In this document: positions 30,750 through 40,021 of the stretch, in pieces | How the letters are laid out: each line of letters begins with the position of its first letter | How positions within the stretch are numbered: position 1 is the first letter of the stretch | Assembly (NCBI GenBank): GCA_965116905.1 | Contig: OZ220732.1 | Span: 3,328,001-3,392,000 of the forward strand | Origin: Longimicrobiales bacterium | GTDB taxonomy: Bacteria; Gemmatimonadota; Gemmatimonadetes; Longimicrobiales; Gaopeijiaceae | Reading direction: 5' to 3' | DNA: 64,000 nt | Made by a program: the position numbers and the translations under genes | Notes under the pieces: generated by a model | What the model saw: only the letters and a program-made list of their open reading frames with translations | What the model was told of the DNA's origin: nothing | Databases searched by the model: none

Positions 30750-31479
30750 CTTCCGCGCGATCCTTGTCCTTTCACCGGCCGCCTGGACGGCAACACTCGC
30801 GGCCTGCAGCGAAGGCTCAGACCGTCCCGGCACCCCGCCGGCAGCCGTCGCAACGCCCTCTGAAGCTGGCGAACGCGATTCGACGGGTACACCCCGCATC
30901 GTTTTCGTCGGGACGAGCCTGACCGCCGGCTACGGGCTGGACGATCCCGGACTGGCGTTTCCGGCCCTGCTCGGACGCCGCATCGCCGACGCCGGACACG
31001 GGTACCGGGTGGTCAACGCGGGCGTCAGCGGCGACACCTCGGCCGGTGGACGCGCGCGCCTGGCAAGCCTGCGCGAGCAGCACGGTTCCCGGCTGGCCGT
31101 GCTTTTCCTGGAGCTCGGTGCGAACGACGGTCTGCGCGGACAGAGTCCCGAGGCCCTCTTCGAGAACCTCGACTGGATGATCCGGGAGACACGGCTCCAC
31201 CATCCGGGGGTCGGCATCGTCGTGGCGGGGATGCAGGCCCCCACCAACCTGGGGATTGATTATACCGAGGCCTTCCGGGCGGTGTACCCGCGCATCGCCG
31301 AGGAGAACGAGGTTCTGCTGATTCCGTTCCTTCTCGAGGGCGTGGCCACGGTCCCGTCTCTCAACCAGCCGGACGGTATCCACCCCAATGCCGCGGGGCA
31401 CGAGGCCGTGGCCGGCCACGTCTGGTCCTTTCTCGGCAGCTACCTCGCCGACCGCTGCGCGTTGGACGGAGCCTGCTGA
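30727..31479 (+). CDS. tesA: SGNH arylesterase / acyl-CoA thioesterase I (TesA-like), probable lipoprotein
   Basis: GTSLTAG, NAGVSGDTS, ELGANDGLRG and DGIHPN, with an LAAC lipobox. Start codon uncertain; it overlaps the ATPase gene head-to-head. Confidence 0.85.
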   Translation: MSPWASIIFRAILVLSPAAWTATLAACSEGSDRPGTPPAAVATPSEAGERDSTGTPRIVFVGTSLTAGYGLDDPGLAFPALLGRRIADAGHGYRVVNAGVSGDTSAGGRARLASLREQHGSRLAVLFLELGANDGLRGQSPEALFENLDWMIRETRLHHPGVGIVVAGMQAPTNLGIDYTEAFRAVYPRIAEENEVLLIPFLLEGVATVPSLNQPDGIHPNAAGHEAVAGHVWSFLGSYLADRCALDGAC

Positions 31480-32040
31480 ATGCTGCGCACCGTGGCGCGT
31501 CCGGGCGTGATCGTGGCGGGCATCCTCGCCCTGCTGGCCGCCGCATTCCTGATCGTGGGCATCCTCCTGTCGGGGATCGTCGAGGTCCGGCGGACGGTGG
31601 AGATCGAAGCAGCTCCCGAGACGGTGTTCCCCTTCGTCAACGACCTGGAGGCGTGGACGGAGTGGACGCCGTGGGGCGAGGTGGACTCACGGCTCGAAGG
31701 CCCGCGCGGGGGCGCTGGCGCGCGCCGCGTTTGGGACGACCCCTCGCTGGGGTCCGGATCGCTGACGCTGCTGGACACGCGGCCGCCGGCAAGGGTGGAC
31801 TACCTCGTTGAAATCGAGGATGGGGCCATACGCTTCGAGGGAACGATCGCCATCGAGGCCGGGGGACCGGGATCGCTGGTCACTTGGACCGAGCGGGCCG
31901 ATCTCGGCTGGAATCCCATCCTGGGGTGGACGGCCCTGACGCTGGACGAGTCCCAGGGCCGGCAGTTGAGCGAGAGCCTCGAAATGCTGAAGCGGCTCGT
32001 TGAAGAACGTGGGAGCGGCGCGGCCGGCCAGAGTCTCTAG
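31480..32040 (+). CDS. SRPBCC (polyketide cyclase/dehydrase-like) family protein
   Basis: N-terminal TM, VRRTVEIEAAPETVF..WTEWTPW, and C-terminal LEMLKRLVE helix. Confidence 0.8.
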   Translation: MLRTVARPGVIVAGILALLAAAFLIVGILLSGIVEVRRTVEIEAAPETVFPFVNDLEAWTEWTPWGEVDSRLEGPRGGAGARRVWDDPSLGSGSLTLLDTRPPARVDYLVEIEDGAIRFEGTIAIEAGGPGSLVTWTERADLGWNPILGWTALTLDESQGRQLSESLEMLKRLVEERGSGAAGQSL

Positions 32041-33323
32041 AGTCTCTCCAGAGCCACGGCAATGAGTTCGTCGTTGGACCGTGTCTGACGCATGACCCGC
32101 AGGAGCTCGTCCATCGCTTCCGCGGGATGCGAGGACGAAAGCTGGCGCCGCATGGCCCGCGACAGCCTGAGCGCCTCCGGCGAAAGCAGCAGCTCCTCCT
32201 TCCGCGTCGCGGAGGCCCGCAGATCGATGGCCGGGAAGATGCGGCGGTCGGCGATTTCGCGGCTGAGCACCAGCTCACTGTTCCCCGTACCCTTGAACTC
32301 CTCGAAGATCACCTGGTCCATGCGCGACCCCGTGTCGACCAGGGCGGTGGCAATGATCGTAAGCGATCCGCCCCCCTGATCCTCCTTGATCAGCCGTGCG
32401 CTCCCGAGGAACCGCTTGGGCTTCTCGAGCGAGTTCGCGTCCAGTCCACCCGAGAGCGTGCGCCCGCTCCCCTCCTCGACCGTGTTGTGGGCACGCGCCA
32501 GGCGCGTGATGGAGTCGAGTATGATGACCACGTCGTGGCCCGCCTCGACCCGCCGGCGGGCACGCGCAAGCGTCATCTCGGCGACCTGGCAGTGGCGCTC
32601 GGCGGTGAGATCGAATGTCGAAGCGATGACCTCGCCGAAGCCGCACATCTCCATCTCGGTGACTTCCTCGGGCCGCTCGTCGACCAGCAGGATCATGAGC
32701 TCGCACTCCGGGTGGTTATTCACGACACCCTCGGCCACGGCCTGCAGGATCGTGGTCTTCCCCGCCTTTGCGGGGGCCACGATCATTGCGCGTTGTCCTT
32801 TGCCCAGCGGGCAGAAGAGGTCGATGATCCGATTGGTCATGTCCGGCTCTCCGGCGTGCACGCGGTCGCACTCCAATCGGAGTTGGTCTCGCGGGTGCAT
32901 CGCGCTGAGCCGGTTGAAATCGGGCCGGCCGGTGGCGGTGTCCGGCGCCTGTCCGTTGACCTGGTCCAGGTAACGGAGCGGCGGACTCTTTCCGTTGCGG
33001 GGGCGACGTCCGACGATCCCGGCCAGTTGGTCGCCCGTACGGAGGCCGAACCTGTGGATCAGGCGGGATCCCACATAGATGTCGTTCTTGCCGGGGATGT
33101 ATCCGTCGTCGGGCCTGCGAATGAAGCCCGACCCGCTCGGGAGTACTTCGAGCACCCCGAGAACCTCGCCGGATTCTCTGTTCTCGTCGTTGACCTGCAC
33201 TTCGTCTTCCTCCTGGGGACGCCACCCTCGCCTGCGGCGCCCGCGCCCTCTTCCCCGTCGACCTCTCCGGGGCTGTCTGTTTTCTCGGGATTCTGTGGGG
33301 GCTTGTTCGGTCACGGTTGTCAC
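32037..33323 (-). CDS. rho: Transcription termination factor Rho
   Basis: GSGFIR/DIYV RNP motifs, GKGQR..APAKAGKT, LVDERPEEVT, DSITRLARAHN and EEFKGTGNSEL. Start is GTG 33323 or 33314. Confidence 0.95.
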   Translation of the reverse strand: MTTVTEQAPTESRENRQPRRGRRGRGRGRRRRGWRPQEEDEVQVNDENRESGEVLGVLEVLPSGSGFIRRPDDGYIPGKNDIYVGSRLIHRFGLRTGDQLAGIVGRRPRNGKSPPLRYLDQVNGQAPDTATGRPDFNRLSAMHPRDQLRLECDRVHAGEPDMTNRIIDLFCPLGKGQRAMIVAPAKAGKTTILQAVAEGVVNNHPECELMILLVDERPEEVTEMEMCGFGEVIASTFDLTAERHCQVAEMTLARARRRVEAGHDVVIILDSITRLARAHNTVEEGSGRTLSGGLDANSLEKPKRFLGSARLIKEDQGGGSLTIIATALVDTGSRMDQVIFEEFKGTGNSELVLSREIADRRIFPAIDLRASATRKEELLLSPEALRLSRAMRRQLSSSHPAEAMDELLRVMRQTRSNDELIAVALERL

Positions 33324-33704
33324 GCCTTGCAGAGAGTAGGACTCTGTTCGTGCGGGCCGCGCACCCGGCGTCGTGCGGAGCGCGAACCCGGTCTTGAGCG
33401 AGGTGTGGTCCCGCCGTTTGCAAGGGCTGCGGACCCGGTCGAACCATGCCCGTCCCCCAAGGGGGCAGTTCCGGGAAACACCACGGGCCTTGAGTGGGGG
33501 CAGGAACTGCGGGTCCCAAAAAACACCCCGTGCGGGCACTCCTTCGTCTCGATGCCGAGCACGGTGTCGATGTAATCAAGATTGACCAGGGGGGCGTGCT
33601 TGGCAAGGGTCCCTCCCGGAACGGGCGCCCGGACCGCGGTCGCACGATGCCCACTTGCGGATGGAAACCGAAGCGTCAACACTTGGACGAGGCCAGTCGT
33701 GACC

Positions 33705-33965
33705 ATGCCCATTCACGCATCCCGGCAGGCGCATCGGACGGGAAGCGGCGGCCGCGCACCGGCAGCAGCGAGGAGAACCTTGACCCGGTCTTCCAGCACG
33801 CAACGAGCAGGCTCCAAAACGCAGCGAGCCTCGTCCGGCGCACCAGGAGCGTCTTCCAGCGCGCGGCGCGCCTTCACGAGTACCGTGGGCAAGCTCGTCC
33901 TTACCGCTGCGCCCCTACTCGCCTTCCTGGGGTTGCTGCTGGTGCACCGGTGGCTGTTCGCATGA
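33705..33965 (+). CDS. Small hypothetical protein with C-terminal TM helix
   Basis: Ends in hydrophobic LVLTAAPLLAFLGLLLVHRWLFA and contains an in-frame 4 x 21-bp repeat (33788-33871). Start uncertain. Confidence 0.4.
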   Translation: MPIHASRQAHRTGSGGRAPAAARRTLTRSSSTQRAGSKTQRASSGAPGASSSARRAFTSTVGKLVLTAAPLLAFLGLLLVHRWLFA

Positions 33966-34057
33966 CGTCTGTCCACCGGGAGTGTCGGACGGTGTCCTCA
34001 GACCCGGACAGGCGCAGGCGGACCGGTATCTCCGCCTGCCGTCAACCCTTGCCGGGA

Positions 34058-34098
34058 CAAGGAGTTAGTCCGATCTTTCGTTTTGGCATGATCGATGC
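34058..34098 (+). promoter_or_regulatory. Candidate sigma54 promoter with upstream IHF-like site
   Basis: TGGCATGATCGATGC (34084-34098) is GG-N10-GC in a TGGCA..TGC context. CAA-ggag-TTA at 34058-34067 resembles the IHF core. GGAGG RBS and ATG at 34140. Confidence 0.6.
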
Positions 34099-34139
34099 GT
34101 GTCGTTAGCCGCGATTCCCTCTTACGCGGAGGCCGAAAT

Positions 34140-35477
34140 ATGAAGCACGCAAGAGCGATACTCGTGGCGGCGGCGATGCTTGCGGGGCCGGCCTCGGCCG
34201 GTGCTCAGGTGACCAATCACGTTTCCTGGCAAATGGGTCTGGCTGCGGGCGGCTATCCGTCCTGGACCGTCCCCGGAGTCGGGCTCGGTTACGAGCCGTT
34301 CGGCCTGCGCCGGGGGATCGGGTTCGGATTCGGGTTGGGTGTGTCGTTCGGCATTGGCTTCGGATGGTCGGACGACTATTGGGGCGGATACCGACACGGA
34401 TTCCTCGGGGGCTCCCACTGCTGGGATGCCTACTACGATCCATTCCTCTACGATCCGTACTTCGATTGCTGGGGCGTCGGTCCACTCGGTTACAGCCCAT
34501 TCGGATGGTACGGGTGGGACACCCCCTGGTTGAGGCCCTTCGGATTTCTCGGTTGGCCGTCCCGCCGTTATGTCGCCCGGCACTACTACGGGTGGGCGCC
34601 GGGTTGGACCTACGGGTGGGGACCGAGCTGGTCCTATGCGTGGGCGCCGAGTTGGTCGCACTACCCATACGGGTTGTACGGGGGACGGTCCTGGGGATAC
34701 GGAAACTGGGACGACGACTGGCGGTACCGATCCCGTGTCCGCTACGCGAACGATGGCTACGGTGGCCGGTCGCCCCTCTTCGGCCCTCAATTCAAGGAGC
34801 CACCGGTGTACGTGACCGACAACGGTCCGGAGCGCCCGGTGGCCACCCTGAGGCCACGAGGACCCAATGCAACCCTGGACGATATCGACTCCCGGCGCGG
34901 CCGCAGCCGCCTTGGGGACGGGGCAGCCCAATTGCGGGGCAACACGGGGGTGCGCACGGCGCGTCCGCGCAACCAGCCGGGAGCCAGGACGGCGACCCCG
35001 AGGCCATCGACGCGCGGCGCGCCCACCGCGACCAGACGACCCTCACCGCTCCGCGGCACGCCGCCGAAGGTGACCAGGCGTCCGGAAGCCGTGACCACCC
35101 GCCAGCCCACCCGGCGACCGACGCCGCAGACGCGCTCCGCGCCGACGCGGCGGCCACAGCCTTCCGTGCGGACGCCGGCTCCCCGCCGCACGCCGACCAC
35201 GGTGCGCACGTCGCCTCCGAAGCGTCCGCCAGCGGTCCGGACCGCGCCCCGGCGGCCCGCGGTCAGGTCGACCGCGCCTCGCCGCTCGCCGCCGAAGGTA
35301 CGGTCCTCGGCGCCGCGGCGATCGCCGCCCAAGGCTCGTCCGGCACCACGGCGCGCACCGCCCAAGGCCCGTCCAGCGCCACGGCGCGCACCGCCCAAGG
35401 CCCGTCCGGCGCCCAAGCGCCCCCCCTCGAGGGCGCCCGCCAAGCGAAGCGCGCCGCCGCGGCGGCGCGGAGGATGA
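34140..35477 (+). CDS. Secreted low-complexity protein with Gly/Trp/Tyr-rich domain and Arg/Pro-rich repetitive tail
   Basis: Signal peptide ending AGA-Q, GGAGG RBS, and 33-bp repeats encoding RR(S/A)PPKARPAP. Confidence 0.75.
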   Translation: MKHARAILVAAAMLAGPASAGAQVTNHVSWQMGLAAGGYPSWTVPGVGLGYEPFGLRRGIGFGFGLGVSFGIGFGWSDDYWGGYRHGFLGGSHCWDAYYDPFLYDPYFDCWGVGPLGYSPFGWYGWDTPWLRPFGFLGWPSRRYVARHYYGWAPGWTYGWGPSWSYAWAPSWSHYPYGLYGGRSWGYGNWDDDWRYRSRVRYANDGYGGRSPLFGPQFKEPPVYVTDNGPERPVATLRPRGPNATLDDIDSRRGRSRLGDGAAQLRGNTGVRTARPRNQPGARTATPRPSTRGAPTATRRPSPLRGTPPKVTRRPEAVTTRQPTRRPTPQTRSAPTRRPQPSVRTPAPRRTPTTVRTSPPKRPPAVRTAPRRPAVRSTAPRRSPPKVRSSAPRRSPPKARPAPRRAPPKARPAPRRAPPKARPAPKRPPSRAPAKRSAPPRRRGG

Positions 35478-35495
35478 CGGGTCCGGGGCCGCGGG

Positions 35496-36722
35496 TCAGG
35501 AGATCGGCTCGCCGTTCTTGACCAGCGACCGAAGCGGACTGGTTCCCACCCAATAGCACAACTCCGCCACGTCGCGAACATCCCACAGGGCAAAGTCGGC
35601 GCGCATCCCGGGCCGCAGAACGCCCCGGTCGTGCTCCAGCGCCAGGACCTTCGCCGCGGCGGCGGTCAGTCCCAGCAGGGTCTCCTCCGGGGTGAGTCCG
35701 AAGAGGATGCACGCGAGGTTCATGACCGCGCCCACATGGGTGATCGGTGAGGAACCGGGGTTGGCATCCGTGGCGATGGCCATCGTCACGCCGCTTCGCC
35801 GCAGGGCGGTGACGGGCGGCCTGCGGTCCGCCCCCAGAGTGTAGGCCGCGCCGGGAAGGAGGACCGCGCACACATCCGCCTCGGCCATGGCGGCGACGCC
35901 CTGAGGGGAAAGGTACTCCAGGTGGTCGGCGGAGCGGGCGCCCACGGCAGCGGCCAGTGCGCCTCCGCCGAGGTCGGCGAGCTGGTCGGCGTGGAGACGC
36001 CCGTGCAGCCCCGCCCGGGTCCCGGCTTCCAGGATGCGGCGGCTTTCCGAGGGCGTGAAAGCGATGTCCTCGCAGAAGACGTCGATGGCCGTGGCGTGAC
36101 CCTGTTCCAGCGCGGCGGGCAGGATGCGGTCCAGGACCAGGTGGACGTAGTCTTCGCGGCGCCCGGCGTATTCGGGCGGGAGCGCGTGCGCGGCGAGCAG
36201 CGTGGGCGAGATGTCCGCGGGGAGGTGGCCGGAGAGTCCGGCGGCGACATCGAGCATGCGAAGCTCGGTGTCCGGATCCAGTCCGTAGCCTGACTTGACC
36301 TCGATGGTGGTGACGCCCCAGGAGCAGAGTTCACGGCCCCTGGCGACGGCGCCGGCGGTCAGTGCGTCGTGTGTGGCCGCGCGGGTGGCGCGCACCGTCG
36401 ACATGATGCCGCCGCCCGCTCTGGCGATCTCGGCGTAGGACTCGCCCCGCAGCCGACGCCGGAAGTCGTCGGTTCGGTCCCCGCCGAAGACGATGTGGGT
36501 GTGGCAGTCGATGAGACCCGGGGTGAGCCAGGCGCCGTGGCAGCTGACGACGTCCCGGGCCATCTGCGCGTGGCCGGCCGGAAGTTCAGCCTCCCGTCCG
36601 AGCCAGGCGATCCGCCCGCCGGTGGCCGCAATGGCGCCGTCCTCGATCAGTCCCAGCGAGGCATCGGTCATGGTTGCAAGGTTGACGCCGGTCCAGAGTC
36701 GGTCCCAGGGCTTGGCGGGCAT
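35496..36722 (-). CDS. hutI: Imidazolonepropionase
   Basis: PGLIDCHTH, EVKSGYGL, HADQL, SADHLE and TDANPGS. Confidence 0.95.
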   Translation of the reverse strand: MPAKPWDRLWTGVNLATMTDASLGLIEDGAIAATGGRIAWLGREAELPAGHAQMARDVVSCHGAWLTPGLIDCHTHIVFGGDRTDDFRRRLRGESYAEIARAGGGIMSTVRATRAATHDALTAGAVARGRELCSWGVTTIEVKSGYGLDPDTELRMLDVAAGLSGHLPADISPTLLAAHALPPEYAGRREDYVHLVLDRILPAALEQGHATAIDVFCEDIAFTPSESRRILEAGTRAGLHGRLHADQLADLGGGALAAAVGARSADHLEYLSPQGVAAMAEADVCAVLLPGAAYTLGADRRPPVTALRRSGVTMAIATDANPGSSPITHVGAVMNLACILFGLTPEETLLGLTAAAAKVLALEHDRGVLRPGMRADFALWDVRDVAELCYWVGTSPLRSLVKNGEPIS

Positions 36723-36829
36723 GTGGCGGCGGTCCGGTGACGGAGGCTTAGATTGAGCGTCTGGCGCGGCATTGTCGCATGGCCGCGCGCCGTTTCGCAA
36801 CGCAGTCGACCGATCAGCCGAGGAGCACG

Positions 36830-38293
36830 GTGGCCGAGAACACGCTGAACGCAAACTCCGGATACCGCGCCTACCGGTTCGATCGGGTCCTGGTCGGGGA
36901 CGGCTGGCGACGCGATGTCGAGGTCCGGGTGGATGGGGTCGGCCGGATCGCCGAGGTGAGGGCGGGTGTCGAGGAGTCCCGCGGCGAACGGGTGTCGGGG
37001 TGGGCCGTGCCCGGGGTGCCGAACGTACACGGTCACTCGTTTCAGCGCGCCCTGGCCGGGCTCGCGGAGGGACCGGGGCCCGATTCGTTCTGGGGCTGGC
37101 GGGATGCGATGTACTCCTTCCTCGAACGGCTGACGCCCGACGACCTGGAGGCGATCACGACCCACCTCTACGTCGAGCTTCTGAAGGCCGGCTTCACGTG
37201 CGTCGGCGAATTCCACTACCTCCACCGCCCGCCCGGGGGTGGCGCGTACGACGATCCCGCCGAGATGAGCCGGCGCATCCTGGCCGCGGCGCGGACATCG
37301 GGGCTGTGCCTGGTGCACATGCCGGCCGTCTACGAGTCGGGCGGCTTCGGCGGACAGCCGCTCGCGGGCGGTCAGGAGCGATTCCGCATGGACCTGGCGG
37401 GCGCGGTGCGGTTGCACGAGATGTTGGGAAGCGAGGCTCGGGGATCGTCGGTCTCCCTGGGGTGGGCGCTGCACAGCCTGAGGGCGGTGTCGCCCGGGTC
37501 GTTTCGGGAGTTGGCGGCGCTGCTGGCCGGCGATGCGGAAGACGGCGCCCCGCCCGTGCACGTTCACGTGGCCGAACAGCGGCGGGAGGTGCGCGAGTGC
37601 ATCGCCGACCGGGGCGCGCGCCCGGTGGAGTGGCTTCTCGATCACGCGGCCGTCGACGAACGGTGGTGCCTGATCCACGCCACCCACACGACCGAGGCGG
37701 AGCTGGACGGCGTCGCGCGTCGGGGTGCGGTCGTGGGGCTGTGCCCGACCACCGAGGCGAACCTGGGTGACGGGCTGTTTCCTCTGCGCGCCTTCGCGGC
37801 CCGGGGCGGGAGCTTCGCCATCGGCACGGACAGCCACGTGTCGCGCAGCCCGGTCGAGGAACTGCGCCTGCTGGACTACGGACAGCGGCTTCGGTCGGAG
37901 GGCCGTACCGTGTTGGGCGGTGCCGGCGAGGGGGGACCTGGCGGCGAGCCCGGGGATGACGCCACACGGGCGGTCGGAGCCCTGTCCGGGGCGGGCGGCA
38001 CGCTCCTGCGCCACGCCTGGCGGGGCGGATCGCAGGCGCTGGGCGTGGACTGCGGAAGCATCGAGCCCGGGATGCGGGCGGATCTGGCGGTCCTGGACGC
38101 GGACCACCCGGCGCTGGTCGGGCGCCGCGGCCACGCCGTGCTCGATTCGTGGATCTTCTCCGGCACCGACAACCCGGTGCGCGACGTGATGGTCGGCGGA
38201 GAGTGGGTGGTGAGGGATGGCCGTCACCCGCGCGAGGAGGCGGTGCGGCGCGCGTATGCCCGGGCCGTGGAGGGTCTGGCACGCCGCAGATAG
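36830..38293 (+). CDS. hutF: Formimidoylglutamate deiminase
   Basis: NVHGHSFQR, GEFHYLH, HSLRAV, HVHVAEQ and CPTTEANLGDG. AGGAG RBS before GTG. Confidence 0.93.
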   Translation: MAENTLNANSGYRAYRFDRVLVGDGWRRDVEVRVDGVGRIAEVRAGVEESRGERVSGWAVPGVPNVHGHSFQRALAGLAEGPGPDSFWGWRDAMYSFLERLTPDDLEAITTHLYVELLKAGFTCVGEFHYLHRPPGGGAYDDPAEMSRRILAAARTSGLCLVHMPAVYESGGFGGQPLAGGQERFRMDLAGAVRLHEMLGSEARGSSVSLGWALHSLRAVSPGSFRELAALLAGDAEDGAPPVHVHVAEQRREVRECIADRGARPVEWLLDHAAVDERWCLIHATHTTEAELDGVARRGAVVGLCPTTEANLGDGLFPLRAFAARGGSFAIGTDSHVSRSPVEELRLLDYGQRLRSEGRTVLGGAGEGGPGGEPGDDATRAVGALSGAGGTLLRHAWRGGSQALGVDCGSIEPGMRADLAVLDADHPALVGRRGHAVLDSWIFSGTDNPVRDVMVGGEWVVRDGRHPREEAVRRAYARAVEGLARRR

Positions 38294-38359
38294 ACCCGCC
38301 CTTGCACGGAAAGCGGCGGCGGGAACGCGCGCCGCACCGCGCCCGCGACGTCCGCCGCC

Positions 38360-40021
38360 CTACGGCATCGGGATCCGGACGCCCTTGTCGCGCGCGGTCG
38401 CGATGGCTGCCTCGTACCCCGCGTCGGCGTGTCTGGCCACGCCGAGCCCCGGGTCGTTGGTCAGCACCCGCTCGATCCGGGTCCGCATCTCGGGGGTGCC
38501 GTCGGCCACCAGCACCTGTCCCGCGTGCAGCGAGTCCCCGATGCCCACGCCGCCACCGTGGTGGAACGACACCCAGCTCGCGCCGGACGCCGTGTTGAGA
38601 AGCGCATTCAGGACCGGCCAGTCCGCCACGGCGTCGGTGCCGTCCTTCATCGCCTCGGTTTCGCGGTAGGGCGACGCGACCGAGCCCGTGTCGAGGTGAT
38701 CGCGTCCGATCACGATGGGGGCACTGATCTCGCCGCTGGCGACCAGATCGTTCATGGCGACGCCGAACGCCGCCCTCTCCCCCTGCCCCAGCCAGCAGAT
38801 CCGCGACGGCAGCCCCTGGAACGCCACCTGCTCGCGCGCCAGGCGGATCCAGCGGCAGAGATGCTCGTCGCCGGGGAACATTTCCAGCACGAGGTCGTCG
38901 GTCCGGTGGATGTCGGCAGGGTCACCCGAAAGCGCCACCCACCGAAAGGGCCCCTTGCCGAGGCAGAACAGCGGGCGCACATACGCGGGCACGAAGCCCG
39001 GGTAGGCGAAGGCGTCCTCGAAGCCCGCTTCCCGCGCGTAGCCGCGGAGGTTGTTGCCGTAGTCGACCGCCACGGCGCCTCGCGCGGCCATCTCCACGAT
39101 GGCTTCGCAGTGTTGGCGGATCGATGCCATCGCGTGCTGCCGGTATTCGGCTCGATCGCGATTCCGCAAGACGGCGGCCTCATCGATCGAGAAACCGCAA
39201 GGCACGTACCCATCCACCGGATCGTGGGCCGAGGTCTGGTCGGTCACGATGTCGGGCGTCACGCCGCGCCGGACCAGCTCCGGGAGCACGTCGGCGCAGT
39301 TGCGGACCAGCCCCACCGACAGCGCCTCCCCGGCCCCCGCCGCCTCCTGCGCCCAGCCGACCGCCTCGTCGAGATCGTGCGTCATGCGGTCGCAGTAGCG
39401 GGTCTCGATCCGGCGGCGGATGCGCTCGGGGTCCACCTCGACGACGAGGACCGCGGCCCCGTTCATCGTGCCCGCGAGCGGTTGGGCGCCCCCCATGCCC
39501 CCCATGCCCCCCGTGAGGATCCACCGCCCCGCCAGGGTCCCGCCGAAGTGGGTCCGCGCGATGGCGCCGAAGGTCTCGTAGGTGCCCTGCAGGATGCCCT
39601 GCGTACCGATGTAGATCCACGAGCCCGCGGTCATCTGGCCGTACATCATGAGCCCCTTGCGCTCCAGCTCATGAAAGTGCTCCCAGGTGGCCCAGCGGCC
39701 GACCAGGTTCGAATTGGCGATCAGCACGCGGGGGGCGTGGGCGTGGGTGCGGAAGACGCCGACGGGCTTGCCGGACTGCACCAGCAGGGTCTCGTCGTTC
39801 TCGAGCGCCCGAAGAGCCGCAACGATGGCGTCGAAGGCCGCCCAGTTCCGCGCGGCCCGCCCGGTGCCCCCGTAGACCACCAGGTCCTCCGGCTTCTCGG
39901 CCACCTCGGGATCCAGGTTGTTCATGAGCATCCGCAGCGCCGCCTCCTGGGTCCACCCCTTGCAGGTGAGCGTCCCGCCGCGGGGAGCCCGGATCGTGCG
40001 CGTCCGGCCGATGATCGTCAT
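38360..40021 (-). CDS. hutU: Urocanate hydratase
   Basis: [33 protein letters not shown] and GRDHLD. Confidence 0.97.
   Translation of the reverse strand: MTIIGRTRTIRAPRGGTLTCKGWTQEAALRMLMNNLDPEVAEKPEDLVVYGGTGRAARNWAAFDAIVAALRALENDETLLVQSGKPVGVFRTHAHAPRVLIANSNLVGRWATWEHFHELERKGLMMYGQMTAGSWIYIGTQGILQGTYETFGAIARTHFGGTLAGRWILTGGMGGMGGAQPLAGTMNGAAVLVVEVDPERIRRRIETRYCDRMTHDLDEAVGWAQEAAGAGEALSVGLVRNCADVLPELVRRGVTPDIVTDQTSAHDPVDGYVPCGFSIDEAAVLRNRDRAEYRQHAMASIRQHCEAIVEMAARGAVAVDYGNNLRGYAREAGFEDAFAYPGFVPAYVRPLFCLGKGPFRWVALSGDPADIHRTDDLVLEMFPGDEHLCRWIRLAREQVAFQGLPSRICWLGQGERAAFGVAMNDLVASGEISAPIVIGRDHLDTGSVASPYRETEAMKDGTDAVADWPVLNALLNTASGASWVSFHHGGGVGIGDSLHAGQVLVADGTPEMRTRIERVLTNDPGLGVARHADAGYEAAIATARDKGVRIPMP

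Noticed and set aside
32037..32040. Shared CTAG giving stop codons to both convergent genes (SRPBCC and rho)
   Set aside because: Real, but a common feature of convergent gene pairs with no evidence of special function.
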